Shown piece by piece: positions 21,447 through 31,509 of a DNA stretch of 64,000 nt. The stretch comes from Spirochaetia bacterium (GTDB taxonomy: Bacteria; Spirochaetota; Spirochaetia; SZUA-6; Bin103). The position numbers were made by a program, and so were the translations under genes. The notes under the pieces are model-generated. The model saw only the letters and a list, made by a program, of their open reading frames with translations, was not told the origin of the DNA and made no database searches. The stretch's first letter is position 1; every line of letters begins with the position of its first letter. The DNA is taken from assembly GCA_965203905.1 (NCBI GenBank), contig CBDBDQ010000005.1, positions 3,520,001 to 3,584,000 of the forward strand, read 5' to 3'.

Positions 21447-21713
21447 ATGGACTGCTACTTGGTCGTGTCGACCAATGAACCACTTAAGGAGATTCCTGAG
21501 CGCTTCGAGAGAACATGTTTAAGACTCAGTGGCGAGCATGCCTGCATAGTAGCCGATCCGTCCATTAAGACAGAGGAGGTGGCTGATCTCTTCGGCGTGT
21601 CTGCTGGAGTGAGCAATGGTCGCTACGGCATCGTCGTGAAGCTCGACTTCTATGCCGGATCGGACACCAGAGAAGTCGTCACGAAGTATCGGACGCTTAG
21701 GGATTCTGAGTGA
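21447..21713 (+). CDS. Hypothetical protein, 88 aa
   Basis: Low-GC ORF with normal composition; stop overlaps next start (GTGA). Confidence 0.6.
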   Translation: MDCYLVVSTNEPLKEIPERFERTCLRLSGEHACIVADPSIKTEEVADLFGVSAGVSNGRYGIVVKLDFYAGSDTREVVTKYRTLRDSE

Positions 21714-22096
21714 ACCACAAGGAAGAACTCGGCCCCGCAGATGCCGGTACTCTCGCCGGGCGAGATGAGTCCGCTGGAAAGCGGCGGCTATCATCGGTAG
21801 CCAGTTACTTGGCAGGGAGACTGCCAATCCTAATCACGATTGGGGTGCTACTCACGGGCGCCGCCGCACTATGGAATAGACTTGACCGAATCGAGGACAA
21901 TCTCAAAGACAGGGTAGATCATATCGGGGTGCGGATAGACAATCTCGATAACAAGGTCGATGTGGATTTCAGTTTACTTCACAGCGAGGACCGCGAACAG
22001 CGTGCCGACCTACGCTCGTTACGGAGTGAGATACAGAACCTGCGGTCCGACATCCTGGCGGAACTTCGGGCCCTTCGCAGCAGGGAAGGAAGTTAG
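21710..22096 (+). CDS. Hypothetical single-TM coiled-coil protein
   Basis: LPILITIGVLLTGAAALW hydrophobic stretch followed by heptads LDRIEDNLKDRVDHIGVRIDNLDNKV. Confidence 0.65.
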   Translation: MNHKEELGPADAGTLAGRDESAGKRRLSSVASYLAGRLPILITIGVLLTGAAALWNRLDRIEDNLKDRVDHIGVRIDNLDNKVDVDFSLLHSEDREQRADLRSLRSEIQNLRSDILAELRALRSREGS

Positions 22097-22132
22097 ATAC
22101 CTCTGCCGCCAGCAGCAGTATGGTGTTTCGGG

Positions 22133-22512
22133 TCAGCCTGACCCAATATAGAAAGTCGTTACGCGAATAGTTACATACAGCCCGCGCTTCAAGACGCGGA
22201 ACTGCGCTTCCGGTAAGTCTTGGGACGGCTTGGGCGTCGCGGCGTCCATCATCCTGACGTGTCCGCCCAGGTTCATCAGGTGCTCGGCCACGGCAGCTGC
22301 CACTGCGGCGTGGTCTCGATCGTTCGGTGCTTGCGACAAAATTGTATTGTAGTTGAAGAAGTGGAGCGCGACGTGCGCCGCGTGGTTCTCCATCTTCTTG
22401 GAGAAGGGGTTGATTAGCCGGGTGTAGCGCCGCATGGACATCCGCATCGTCAGGTTGTTGCGCTCGGCGTAGCTCGTGCTGATCGTGTCGAATTCCGGGA
22501 GCCACTATCGTA
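22133..22512 (-). pseudogene. C-terminal remnant of IS1-like DDE transposase
   Basis: ISTSYAERNNLTMRMSMRRYTRLINPFSKKMENHAAHVALHFFNYN; frameshifted and cut at 22512. Confidence 0.8.
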
Positions 22513-22539
22513 GGGCGTGAGTCTCAAACTGACGAGTCA
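22513..22539 (+). repeat. IS-like terminal inverted repeat, left copy
   Basis: GGGCGTGAGTCTCAAACTGACGAGTCA; its reverse complement matches 32411-32437 at 25/27. Confidence 0.85.
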
Positions 22540-23020
22540 GCCGGCCCAACCGTGGGTCAATTATGTAACGACAACCCTAACGCAGATTTGGAGCTTCTGC
22601 TGACGTGTGACTGCACTGAACGGCGTCTGGTGTTGTACACCGACGACCTACCGGGCATTGATGTTGCCTCGTGGTATCAAGTTGGTGACGGCGCCCGGTA
22701 TGACGGTACATGGGAGTCGAAGAGATCTCCGGTCCTCTTTGGCATCGCTGATCTTGAAGGGTCAATCACGTTCGAAGTTCGAAGAGAACCGAGCACGCGT
22801 CAAGGCCGTCCTTGGCTTCGAGCGGGCTGGGCATGCTGGCGGCTTCACAGCTTATGGGAACCCCATGCCCACCGCCGCCGGCGTCCTGGCGGCTCCTTGT
22901 CCGTGCCCGCCGCGGGGCGGCCCCGGTGGGCACTGGGATTCGACAATGAGTCACTACCGAATCGGCACACCCGTTGACGGTCGGATCGATGCGTGCTATC
23001 TCCGCGGCGGGGATGGATGA

Positions 23021-24007
23021 ATGAGTGAACGCAGTGAAGCAACCGTGTATGTCGGGACCGTGGGCGAGGGCCTGTGGCGGAGTTCGGACGGGGGCGCGAC
23101 CTGGCAGCGCAAGAACACGGGCATGTACATCGAGAACGAGGTGCGGGCGCTGGCGGTGCATCCGTCCGACCCGAACCTGCTCTACGCGGGGACCGACCAG
23201 GGGGTCTACCGCACGACCGACGGCGGCAACCACTGGACCCGGCTCGACAGCGAGATGAACGACCTGGTGATCTGGGCGCTGCTGGTGATGCCGGACGATC
23301 CGGACACGGTGTTGGCCGGGACCCGGCCGGCGGCGGTGTTCCGCTCCCGTGACGGCGGCGACACCTGGCAGCGGCTGAGCGCCGACATGGAGCAGGAGTG
23401 TCCGGGCATCGTCTACAACCGGGTCACCACGCTGAACGTGGACCCGGCGGCGCCCGACACCATCTGGGCCGGCGTCGAGATCGACGGCGCCTGGCGCAGT
23501 GAGGATCGCGGCGACACCTGGACCCGCCACGCGGAAGGGCTGTCCTCGCTGGATATCCACGGATTGGCGCTGGTGCCGCGGGAGGGCGCCGCGACCGCGC
23601 TGGTGGCGGCCACCAACAACGACGTCAACACCAGCGGCGATTCCGGCGCGAGCTGGCAGCAGCAGAACGTGGACCAGCAGTTCCCGTGGCGCTACTGCCG
23701 GGGCCTGCGGCAGCATCCCGACAACCCGCGGCGCCTGTACCTGGGCAACGGCAACGGCCCGCCCGGTTCGCAGGGCGCGGCCTGGCGCTCCGCCGACGGC
23801 GGGGCGAGCTGGGAGCGAATGACCTTGCCGATAGAGCCCAACTCCACCATCTGGGACTACGCATTGCACGCCGCCGACCCGGATCTGGTGTACGCCTACA
23901 GCGTCAGCGGGCAGGTGTTCCGCTCGGTGGACGGCGGCGACGGCTGGGAGAAGCTGGAGCAGGAGTTCGGCGAGATCCGCGCCATGCTGTGGGCGCCCGC
24001 CGCCTGA
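23021..24007 (+). CDS. BNR/Asp-box repeat beta-propeller protein (WD40/YVTN/sortilin-like)
   Basis: Repeated S/TxDxGxxW motifs (SSDGGATW, TTDGGNHW, SRDGGDTW, SEDRGDTW, SADGGASW, SVDGGDGW). Confidence 0.88.
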   Translation: MSERSEATVYVGTVGEGLWRSSDGGATWQRKNTGMYIENEVRALAVHPSDPNLLYAGTDQGVYRTTDGGNHWTRLDSEMNDLVIWALLVMPDDPDTVLAGTRPAAVFRSRDGGDTWQRLSADMEQECPGIVYNRVTTLNVDPAAPDTIWAGVEIDGAWRSEDRGDTWTRHAEGLSSLDIHGLALVPREGAATALVAATNNDVNTSGDSGASWQQQNVDQQFPWRYCRGLRQHPDNPRRLYLGNGNGPPGSQGAAWRSADGGASWERMTLPIEPNSTIWDYALHAADPDLVYAYSVSGQVFRSVDGGDGWEKLEQEFGEIRAMLWAPAA

Positions 24008-24090
24008 GCGACCCGCACCGAGGGCGGCGCCGAGGGCGGCGCAGCGCGCGCCGGTAGCGCCGCCGGCCGCGGCGACCGTTCGGCCGCGTG

Positions 24091-25359
24091 CTACGCGACC
24101 AGCGCGGCGTAGGCGAGTTCGCGGAACTCCTCGGCCACGCGGAAGTAGCCCGCCGGCCGGATCTGCGCCAGGAAGATGGCGACCGACTCCTCGACCGGAT
24201 CGATCCAGAAGTAGGTGTTGGCTGCTCCGGCCCAGCCGTACTCCCCGACCGAGCCGGCGCGGCGGGCGGCCGCGGGATCGAACAACACACGTACTCCGAG
24301 ACCGTAGCCGTAGCCGCGCTGCTCGCGGCCGTTGACCTCGAACGGGAGCAGAGCGGCGGGGAGTCGATTGCCGGTGATGAGCTCCACGGTCTGCCGGCCG
24401 AGGATGCGCGTGCCGCCGAACGTTCCGCCTCCCAGCAGCATGGCGCAGAAGCGCAGGTAGTCGGCGGCGGTCGACACCAGCCCGTGGCCGCCGCGGAACG
24501 CGCGGTGCGGGCGGTACTCCAGGTCGGTCTCCGGGTTGGAGATCCAGTCGAACCTGCCGGCCGCGGCGAGCTTGAGCGAGCGGCTGGCGGTGACGTCGGC
24601 GGGGTCGCGGGCGCCGATCATGGCGGCGAAGCGGTGCTGCTCGGCGCGTGGCACGAAGAACCCGGTGTCGGTCATTCCGAGCGGCTCGAAGATGCGCTGC
24701 TGCAGGAAGCGGTCGAGCGGCACGCCGGCGATTACCTCGATCAGGCGCGCCGCCACGTCGTGGCACAGTCCGTAGCGGAACCGGGTGCCGGGCTGGAACG
24801 CCAGCGGCAGCGCCGCGATCTGCCGCACCAGGACGGCGAGCGGCTGGTCGGAGAGGTGGGAAACGTGGCGCCGGTACAGCTCCTCCACCGGGCCGTACTC
24901 CATCCACGGATAGGTCAGGCCGGCGGTGTGCGTCAACAGGTCGTGGATCGTCACGGCCCGCAGCGGGTCCGTGGTCGGCACCGTCTCCAGCGTGAACGCA
25001 CCGGCAGCGGGTGACGTCTCGGCGGGCTCGGGTGCGGCGTAGACCCTGACCTGCGCAAACTCGGGGATGAAGCGCGCCACCGGGTCGGAGAGCCGGAACG
25101 CCCCTTCTTCGTAAAGGGTCAGCAGGGCGGCGCACACGATCGGCTTGGTCATGGAGTAGATGCGGAAGATGGCGTCCGGCCGCATCGGTTCGCCGCCCGG
25201 CCCCAGCACGCCGAATGCCCTGTGGTGCAGCAACTCGCCGCGCCGATACAGCAGGGTCACGATGCCCGGGATCGGGGTGGTGTCGATGCAGCGCTGCATC
25301 GCCTCGTCGATGCGGCTCAGTCGCGCGCGTGAGACTCCGGTGGTGAGGGTATCGCTCAT
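24091..25359 (-). CDS. Serine hydrolase, beta-lactamase/esterase family VIII-like
   Basis: FRIYSMTK (SxxK), LLTHTAGL, FQPGTRFRY, FEPLGMTDT, WAGAANTYFWIDP. Confidence 0.9.
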   Translation of the reverse strand: MSDTLTTGVSRARLSRIDEAMQRCIDTTPIPGIVTLLYRRGELLHHRAFGVLGPGGEPMRPDAIFRIYSMTKPIVCAALLTLYEEGAFRLSDPVARFIPEFAQVRVYAAPEPAETSPAAGAFTLETVPTTDPLRAVTIHDLLTHTAGLTYPWMEYGPVEELYRRHVSHLSDQPLAVLVRQIAALPLAFQPGTRFRYGLCHDVAARLIEVIAGVPLDRFLQQRIFEPLGMTDTGFFVPRAEQHRFAAMIGARDPADVTASRSLKLAAAGRFDWISNPETDLEYRPHRAFRGGHGLVSTAADYLRFCAMLLGGGTFGGTRILGRQTVELITGNRLPAALLPFEVNGREQRGYGYGLGVRVLFDPAAARRAGSVGEYGWAGAANTYFWIDPVEESVAIFLAQIRPAGYFRVAEEFRELAYAALVA

Positions 25360-25453
25360 GGCTGGATGATCGCGGCAGAAGCTAATCCGCGGCGGTTCCG
25401 AGATCAACCGCCCGCCCACCCCGCACCAGCCCACGATGCGGTAGGGTGAGCGG

Positions 25454-26542
25454 GTGAAGATTACCGACGTACGCGCCTCCTGCTACCGGATCCCGCTTGA
25501 CCAGCCGCTGACCGACGCGGGACACGGCCGCCACGACCACTACGACCTGGTGACGGTGGAGCTGGGCACGGAGGGCGGGCATACCGGGCTCGGCTACACC
25601 TACACCGTGCACGCCGGCGGGGCGGCGATCCTGGCGCTGATCGAGCACGACCTGGCGCCGCTGCTGCTGGGCGCGGACGCGCGCCGCGTCGAGGCGCTGT
25701 GGCGCGACATGTGGCAGCGCACCCTCTACGTGGGCCGCGGCGGGATCGCCGCCTTCGCCATCGCCGCGGTCGACATCGCCCTGTGGGACCTGCGCGGGCG
25801 CGCCCTGGAGGAGCCGCTGTGGCGCCTGCTGGGCGGCGCCGCCGACCGGGTGCCGGCCTACGTGGGCGGGATCGACCTGCTGCTGCCGCTGGACCAGCTC
25901 CTGGAGCAGACCCGGGCGGCCCTGGGCGACGGCTTCGGCGCCATCAAGATGAAGGTCGGGCGCGACCTGCTGGCCGAGGACGTGGAGCGGGTGGCGGCGA
26001 TGCGCGAGCTGCTCGGACCGGAAGCCGCGCTGATGGTGGACGCCAACATGCGCTGGACCGTCGCCCAGGCGATCGCGGCGGCGCGTGCCCTGGTGCCCTT
26101 CGGGGTCTACTGGCTGGAGGAACCGGTCGCCCCCGACGACTACGCCGGCCACCGCCGGGTCGCCGCCGAGGGCTCGGTGCCCGTGGCCGCCGGCGAGAGC
26201 CTGCGCAGCGTGGGCGAGTTCGCGCACCTGATCGCCGCCGGCGGGGTGGCATTCCCGGAGCCGGACGTCTCCAACGTCGGCGGCATCAGCGCCTGGATGC
26301 GGGTGGCGCGGCTGGCCGAGGCGCACCACCTGCCGGTGACCTCGCACGGCGTCCACGAGTTGCACGTGCACCTGCTGGCGGCCGTCCCCAACGCCTCCTA
26401 CCTGGAAGTGCACGGCTTCGCCACCGAGCGCTTCGTGCGCCAGCCGCCGCGCTTCGACGCCGGCGCCTGCATCCCGCCCGACCGCCCCGGCCACGGCGTG
26501 GAGCTGGACCGGGAGGCCCTGGAGCCCTACCGCCACCCCTGA
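25454..26542 (+). CDS. Mandelate racemase/muconate lactonizing (enolase superfamily) enzyme
   Basis: AVDIALWDL, KMKVG, MVDAN, WLEEP, AAGE, TSHG. Confidence 0.9.
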   Translation: MKITDVRASCYRIPLDQPLTDAGHGRHDHYDLVTVELGTEGGHTGLGYTYTVHAGGAAILALIEHDLAPLLLGADARRVEALWRDMWQRTLYVGRGGIAAFAIAAVDIALWDLRGRALEEPLWRLLGGAADRVPAYVGGIDLLLPLDQLLEQTRAALGDGFGAIKMKVGRDLLAEDVERVAAMRELLGPEAALMVDANMRWTVAQAIAAARALVPFGVYWLEEPVAPDDYAGHRRVAAEGSVPVAAGESLRSVGEFAHLIAAGGVAFPEPDVSNVGGISAWMRVARLAEAHHLPVTSHGVHELHVHLLAAVPNASYLEVHGFATERFVRQPPRFDAGACIPPDRPGHGVELDREALEPYRHP

Positions 26543-26634
26543 TCGACCGCCGATACCGGTCGGGACCAGTCACGCCGACCGGCGCTGGCACCCGCTCGAC
26601 GCGGACCGATTTCGTTGCGATCATGGGGCGCATC

Positions 26635-27519
26635 ATGATCCCGACCCAACCGTTTGGCGCCACCGGTCACGACAGCACGTTGACCCTGTTCGGCGCGGCG
26701 GCGTTCAGCCCCGAATCCACGGGGGCCGATGCCGACCGCGTCCTCGAACTCCTGCTGCACCACGGAGTCAACCACATCGATACCGCGCACAGCTACGGCG
26801 ACGGCAACTCCGAGGTGCTGATCGGCACCTGGATGGCGCAGCACCGCGAACGCTTTTTTCTGGCGACCAAGACCAACCAGCGCACGGCGGAAGGCGCCCG
26901 TGCGCAGTTGGAACTGTCGCGGCGCCGGCTGCGCTCCGACACCATCGACCTGATCCAGTTGCACAACCTCACCGACGAGCAGGCATGGGAGACCGCCATG
27001 GCGCCCGGCGGCGCGCTGGCGGAGTTGGAAGCCGCGCGCGAGCGGGGCAGCGTGCGCTTCATCGGCGTCACCGGCCACGGCCTGGCCACGCCGCGCATGC
27101 ACCTGCGCAGCCTGCAGCGCTTCCCGTTCGACGCAGTCCTTCTGCCGATGAACTACGTGCTGGCCTCCGACGCGAGTTACTACAGCGACTTCGTGCGGCT
27201 CAAGGCGCTATGCTTCGAGCGCAACGTGGCCGTGCAACTCATCAAGACGGTGGCGCGCCGTCCGTGGGCCGGCCGCCCGCGCGGCCGCGGCCCCTGGTAC
27301 GAGCCGCTCGACTCCGCCGAGGACATCGCCCGCGCCGTGGCCTATGCCTTGAGCTTCGCCCCTTCCTTCATCAACACCATGGCCGACCTCGACCGCCTGC
27401 CGCTGGTCCTGGAAGCCGCCGAGGCCCCGGCCCCGCGCCCCTCCGACGCCGAAATGGCCGCCATGCTCGCCGACCAGGCCATGCAGCCGATCTTCGAGGA
27501 ACACGCCACCATCCACTGA
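26635..27519 (+). CDS. Aldo/keto reductase
   Basis: FGATGHDST, GVNHIDTAHSYG, FLATK, IDLIQLH, RFIGVTGHG. Confidence 0.88.
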   Translation: MIPTQPFGATGHDSTLTLFGAAAFSPESTGADADRVLELLLHHGVNHIDTAHSYGDGNSEVLIGTWMAQHRERFFLATKTNQRTAEGARAQLELSRRRLRSDTIDLIQLHNLTDEQAWETAMAPGGALAELEAARERGSVRFIGVTGHGLATPRMHLRSLQRFPFDAVLLPMNYVLASDASYYSDFVRLKALCFERNVAVQLIKTVARRPWAGRPRGRGPWYEPLDSAEDIARAVAYALSFAPSFINTMADLDRLPLVLEAAEAPAPRPSDAEMAAMLADQAMQPIFEEHATIH

Positions 27520-27671
27520 CCCGGACGACGCCGGGCTCCAGCCGCGGCAGGCGGACAGCACTCGTCAAGTCGGCTATTGTAGACAAAGCCGAGGAGGAGC
27601 TCGTCGTTTCGGGAACGGTGGACAAAGTTGCACCGTGCAGATTGCGTGATTACGACACAGGTGATACAGGT

Positions 27672-27902
27672 ATGAGTGCTGTGCTCATCACTCCAAGTTC
27701 CGCTGGAGACAATCGGTGCTCTGAGGCGGCTGGCGCGCAGCAACCACCGGTCCCTGCAGAGCGAACTGCGTGTTATTCTGGAGCGGGCCGCCAGGATGAC
27801 GCCTCCCGAGGGCGTGCACCCGAATTCAAGCTGGAGACGGTCCGGACGGGCTACACGGCATCATGGAGCCGCGAAGAGATCTATGGCGGCGATGGTCGGT
27901 GA
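27672..27902 (+). pseudogene. FitA/Arc-like ribbon-helix-helix antitoxin, frameshifted
   Basis: MSAVLI../QVPLETIGALRRLARSNHRSLQSELRVILERAA../..SWSREEIYGGDGR spread over two frames. Confidence 0.65.
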
Positions 27903-27976
27903 GGTCGTGTTCCAATCGAACATGGCGGCGCAACTACATTGTCGATCTGATTGAGTCTATTGAGGAGTAATTTCGG

Positions 27977-29632
27977 ATGAAACTAAGATCGGTAGAGCTT
28001 TCGAATTTCAAGGCGTTTGGTGATACCACTCGTTTTGAACTCGCTCCAATCACTCTGATATTCGGCGAAAACAGCGCAGGAAAGAGCTCCATTCTTCAGT
28101 CGCTCAGTCTGATGAAGCAGACTCGGGAGAGTCGAGAAGCTGGTGCACCGCTATTGCCACGGGTAGAGGGTGGAATTACTGATCTTGGAAGTTTCCAGGA
28201 GATGCTCTTTGACCATGACCTGTCTCGAACGCTTTCGATCGGGCTACAAGTCGATACTACGGATGGGGCGTTACACCCCTCCGCGACACACAGATGGTTC
28301 GGGGGTTTGTCCCCGGAATCTATTGGACTCTCCATTCGTTTTCATCGGTCGGGACCCCAGGACGAAGTCGAGGTCCCCGACTTGGATGTGAATTGCTCGA
28401 TGTTGAATGAGCCATTGGCGTCGTTTGCGCTTAGGGGTCTTAATTCTAGAGAACGCAAGTTTGTCGATGAGTTCTATTGGCATCCCTCTCGTGGTAGACA
28501 TCGCGCTCAACAGCGGAAACTCCGGGCTGCGGTGTGTACCCGGCTCTCCGACAGTCCTGATATGTGGACGGACGTGTATTCGGCGTGGGTGAAGAACACC
28601 GATGCGATAAGAAGTGCGCTTGAGGATATAGAAAAAGACGCAGTGAAGGGGGCAGGCCCCTTCGTTATGCGCGCCGACCGCGACGACTCCAGCGACGCGA
28701 GGAAAGAACGTGAGAACTGGCATAGAAGAGTTAGACAGGCGCTGAGCTTTTATTCTTCGAAGTTCAGCGTCGTTGAGTTTGTCAAGCGGATGACGACTGA
28801 AGCGCACTCCACCGTTTTGGCTATGGACGGGTTTATCCCAGTTCAGCTTCCGTATACAGCGGCTGCACCTGAGTTCGTTGCGCTGAAGTACCGTATCACG
28901 CGGGACACCCACAAGCTCCCAATACTAGATATCTCTGATATAGCGCCGTTTGTCGGTCACGTCTTGGATGATGTTCTCGAGTCTCTTTTTCCAATGGGAC
29001 CGTTCCGGCGTCCACCGGAACGTTGGTACATATTCACCGGTACCAGCCCGGAGGATGTTGGATATCGCGGTGACTCGCTTCCCGACCTCCTGTTCCGCCG
29101 GCCCGACTTGATCGATGTAGCAAACAACTGGCTTGAGCGTCTAGGGATTGGCTACGGCCTGAGTGTGCGTCCAATTGCTGCGGAGAGCGACCTCTTTGAA
29201 GTTCGGTTGGTCGACCGCCGGCGTTCACGGGAGGTCGACGTCGCTCTTTCTGACGTAGGATTCGGTATCAGTCAAATTCTCCCGTTTATTGTACAGACTC
29301 TGGCATCTAGGGATCAGATCATCTCTATTGAGCAGCCAGAAGTACATATCCACCCTCGGCTGCAGGCCGACCTGGGAGATCTGCTAACAACCGCGATTCA
29401 GGGCCCGTATCGGCATCAATTTTTAGTAGAGACACATAGCGAGCACCTCATCCTGCGATTGCAGAAGGCAGTTCGCGACCGCCGACTCCGTCCCCACGAA
29501 ATATCCGTATTGTTCATCTCGCGTGAGAGTCGCGGCTCCCGTGCGAGAAGATTACGACTCGATGAAGACGGGACCTTCATGGACGAGTGGCCAGGCGGCT
29601 TCTTTGCTGAGCGTCTTCGGGAGTTGACCTAA
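27977..29632 (+). CDS. ABC-type AAA ATPase (AAA_15/AAA_21) with DUF3696-like C-terminus
   Basis: NFKAF, GENSAGKSS, DVGFGISQILP, IEQPEVHIHP, VETHSEH, WPGGFF; GAGGAG RBS; lower GC. Confidence 0.88.
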   Translation: MKLRSVELSNFKAFGDTTRFELAPITLIFGENSAGKSSILQSLSLMKQTRESREAGAPLLPRVEGGITDLGSFQEMLFDHDLSRTLSIGLQVDTTDGALHPSATHRWFGGLSPESIGLSIRFHRSGPQDEVEVPDLDVNCSMLNEPLASFALRGLNSRERKFVDEFYWHPSRGRHRAQQRKLRAAVCTRLSDSPDMWTDVYSAWVKNTDAIRSALEDIEKDAVKGAGPFVMRADRDDSSDARKERENWHRRVRQALSFYSSKFSVVEFVKRMTTEAHSTVLAMDGFIPVQLPYTAAAPEFVALKYRITRDTHKLPILDISDIAPFVGHVLDDVLESLFPMGPFRRPPERWYIFTGTSPEDVGYRGDSLPDLLFRRPDLIDVANNWLERLGIGYGLSVRPIAAESDLFEVRLVDRRRSREVDVALSDVGFGISQILPFIVQTLASRDQIISIEQPEVHIHPRLQADLGDLLTTAIQGPYRHQFLVETHSEHLILRLQKAVRDRRLRPHEISVLFISRESRGSRARRLRLDEDGTFMDEWPGGFFAERLRELT

Positions 29633-29642
29633 CCGCTCCGCC

Positions 29643-30659
29643 ATGCTAACCAGCGTCGTTATCGACCCACTGTGTTTCACAAACAGAGCGCTACAAGAGC
29701 CCGAAGTTCGCTTTGGTGCTGAACAGCTACTAGACGGTGTGATCAAAAATGGCGTGTTTCTAGCCGACGACGCCAGAACCTTCCTTCAAGAACTCGTCTC
29801 ATCTGTCACCACACTGAGTTCGACCTCCGGGCAACGAGTGCAGCTCCTTGTCGCTGAGATTGCAAAGACGCCCCATAGGTATGTTGCAGCCGCCCGCCGG
29901 CCGTTATACACGACAAGCCCGAGTAACCGGCTATCACTGATGGCAGCAGTTGCAGGTGCGATGAGAGCGGACGTCATTATCTGTCAGTGTGACTCGGACG
30001 TACGCCGTTTATCAACACTCAATCAACCTCCGATCGAAGCATGTACGTTGTCCGGCTACAATATGTCAAGAGCAGAGACGAAACGCAACACGTGGTATCG
30101 GACAACGCGGATCGACACTCTTCCAACGAGTGTTTGTAACGAAATAGTGGGAAGAGTGCTCAAGTATACTAACGAGATCTTGATCGCCGATCGGTTCTTC
30201 GCGATTGCCGCGAACAGCGGATGGCCGAATCCCCGATTGCGTCGATTTGCGGCAGGAGTGGTTTTCTTGGCTAATTGTTGGTGTCGGGATTCCCCGTACA
30301 ACAGTAGGTCCCGCCCAATATTGCATATTGTGTCAGTCGTGGGAAATACGAGCGCAGCGGGTCAGTATGTGGACCCAAGAGTGGTCGAGGCGAACATTCG
30401 TACCGCAATCGCGGCGCTGGACACGCAGAATAGTGTGGGCAGTATCGTGATTTCACTGAAACACGACAGACATCCACGGATCGCGAATGACAGATTCCTC
30501 TTCGGGAAGGGTAGATGTTTCGGCGTGATGCACGGGATTGACGACATCGGTAACCTTGCGGCACCCCAGTCGGCTAGGAGACCGACATCACTTGTTCCTG
30601 ACTGCGATGATCACCGTGCGTTGCTTGTCGAGATCAGATCGCTCAAAGCAGCTACATAA
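29643..30659 (+). CDS. Hypothetical 338-aa partner of the ATPase (possible PIN-like N-terminus, PLD-like C-terminus)
   Basis: Starts 10 bp after the ATPase, same composition; VVIDP, EILIADRF, ANDRFLF..HGID. Confidence 0.65.
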   Translation: MLTSVVIDPLCFTNRALQEPEVRFGAEQLLDGVIKNGVFLADDARTFLQELVSSVTTLSSTSGQRVQLLVAEIAKTPHRYVAAARRPLYTTSPSNRLSLMAAVAGAMRADVIICQCDSDVRRLSTLNQPPIEACTLSGYNMSRAETKRNTWYRTTRIDTLPTSVCNEIVGRVLKYTNEILIADRFFAIAANSGWPNPRLRRFAAGVVFLANCWCRDSPYNSRSRPILHIVSVVGNTSAAGQYVDPRVVEANIRTAIAALDTQNSVGSIVISLKHDRHPRIANDRFLFGKGRCFGVMHGIDDIGNLAAPQSARRPTSLVPDCDDHRALLVEIRSLKAAT

Positions 30660-30949
30660 TGGAGAGAACCTCCTTTGTGGTATGATTAGAGGTGTATTCT
30701 GAATCTTGGCGAGCATCTCGATGCGGAGGACTCTGGCTAGTTTCGGTAATTCAAAAAAACCTCACGCATTGACGAGTGCTTTCCAAGTGTGTCGAAAAGC
30801 ACATATGATCGATTTTCAGGCAAGGTGCGTAACAGAAGACGACAGAGACACTAACCTCACACGTGACTAACACCGCGATACTCCGAGCAGATCCTGAGTC
30901 TGGAGTCGGTCGGCTCGTGCCGTCGGCGAGGCGCGGTACGTGGTAGGTT

Positions 30950-31500
30950 TGCGAAGGCGTCGTAGGGGAAGCGGGCGGCCAAGCGCTTGTCCATCTCGAT
31001 GCCCAGCCGGGCGCTCGGTGACGTCTACCGTCCCGTTGTGTTACCTCGGGGATACCGGGGATCTGGTCCTCCTCGGCCGGCGCGGAGCTACCATTTCTGG
31101 ATGACGAAGTTGGGCACGTGCAGGTCGAGGTGCCCGTTGGCGGCCATGCCGACCAGCGACACGCCACGCGGGACGGGGCAGGCGGTGCGCTCGCCGCATG
31201 CCGCGCGCAGGCTTGCTTTGCTAGTAGCTTCAGGGTCGCGGTGATGCCACTTCCAAGAGCTATACCGACAGCTCGCCCATCGCCAGCGGTGTCCCGCACC
31301 GGGAGCACAGCAAGCGAAGAAGCCGATCTCCTCCGGCGCCAGCAGATCCTCCAGGAAGAACAGCCGGTTGGGTTCCGGCAGAGCCTTGGCCAGCCGTACC
31401 GCATCGACCGGCGCCATGCGCTCGTGGATGTCGTACAGCAGCTCCGCCTTCGGCGGATCGCCGGTGAGCGCCTTCTCGAACAGCTCCGTTACCCGGCGGA
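30950..31500 (-). pseudogene. Remnant of mannonate dehydratase/RspA-like enolase superfamily gene
   Basis: ELLYDIHER..AVRLAKAL..LFFLEDLLAPE..GMAANGHLDLHVPNFVIQKW, fragmented; boundaries approximate. Confidence 0.7.
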
Positions 31501-31509
31501 GCGGAGCAA

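Noticed and set aside
22552-23020. ORFs 22552-22977 and 22607-23020
   Set aside because: Possibly a frameshifted gene fragment, but no recognisable motif and no consistent frame.
24091-25359. Antibiotic-resistance beta-lactamase
   Set aside because: No signal peptide, and the motifs fit cytoplasmic esterase-type serine hydrolases.
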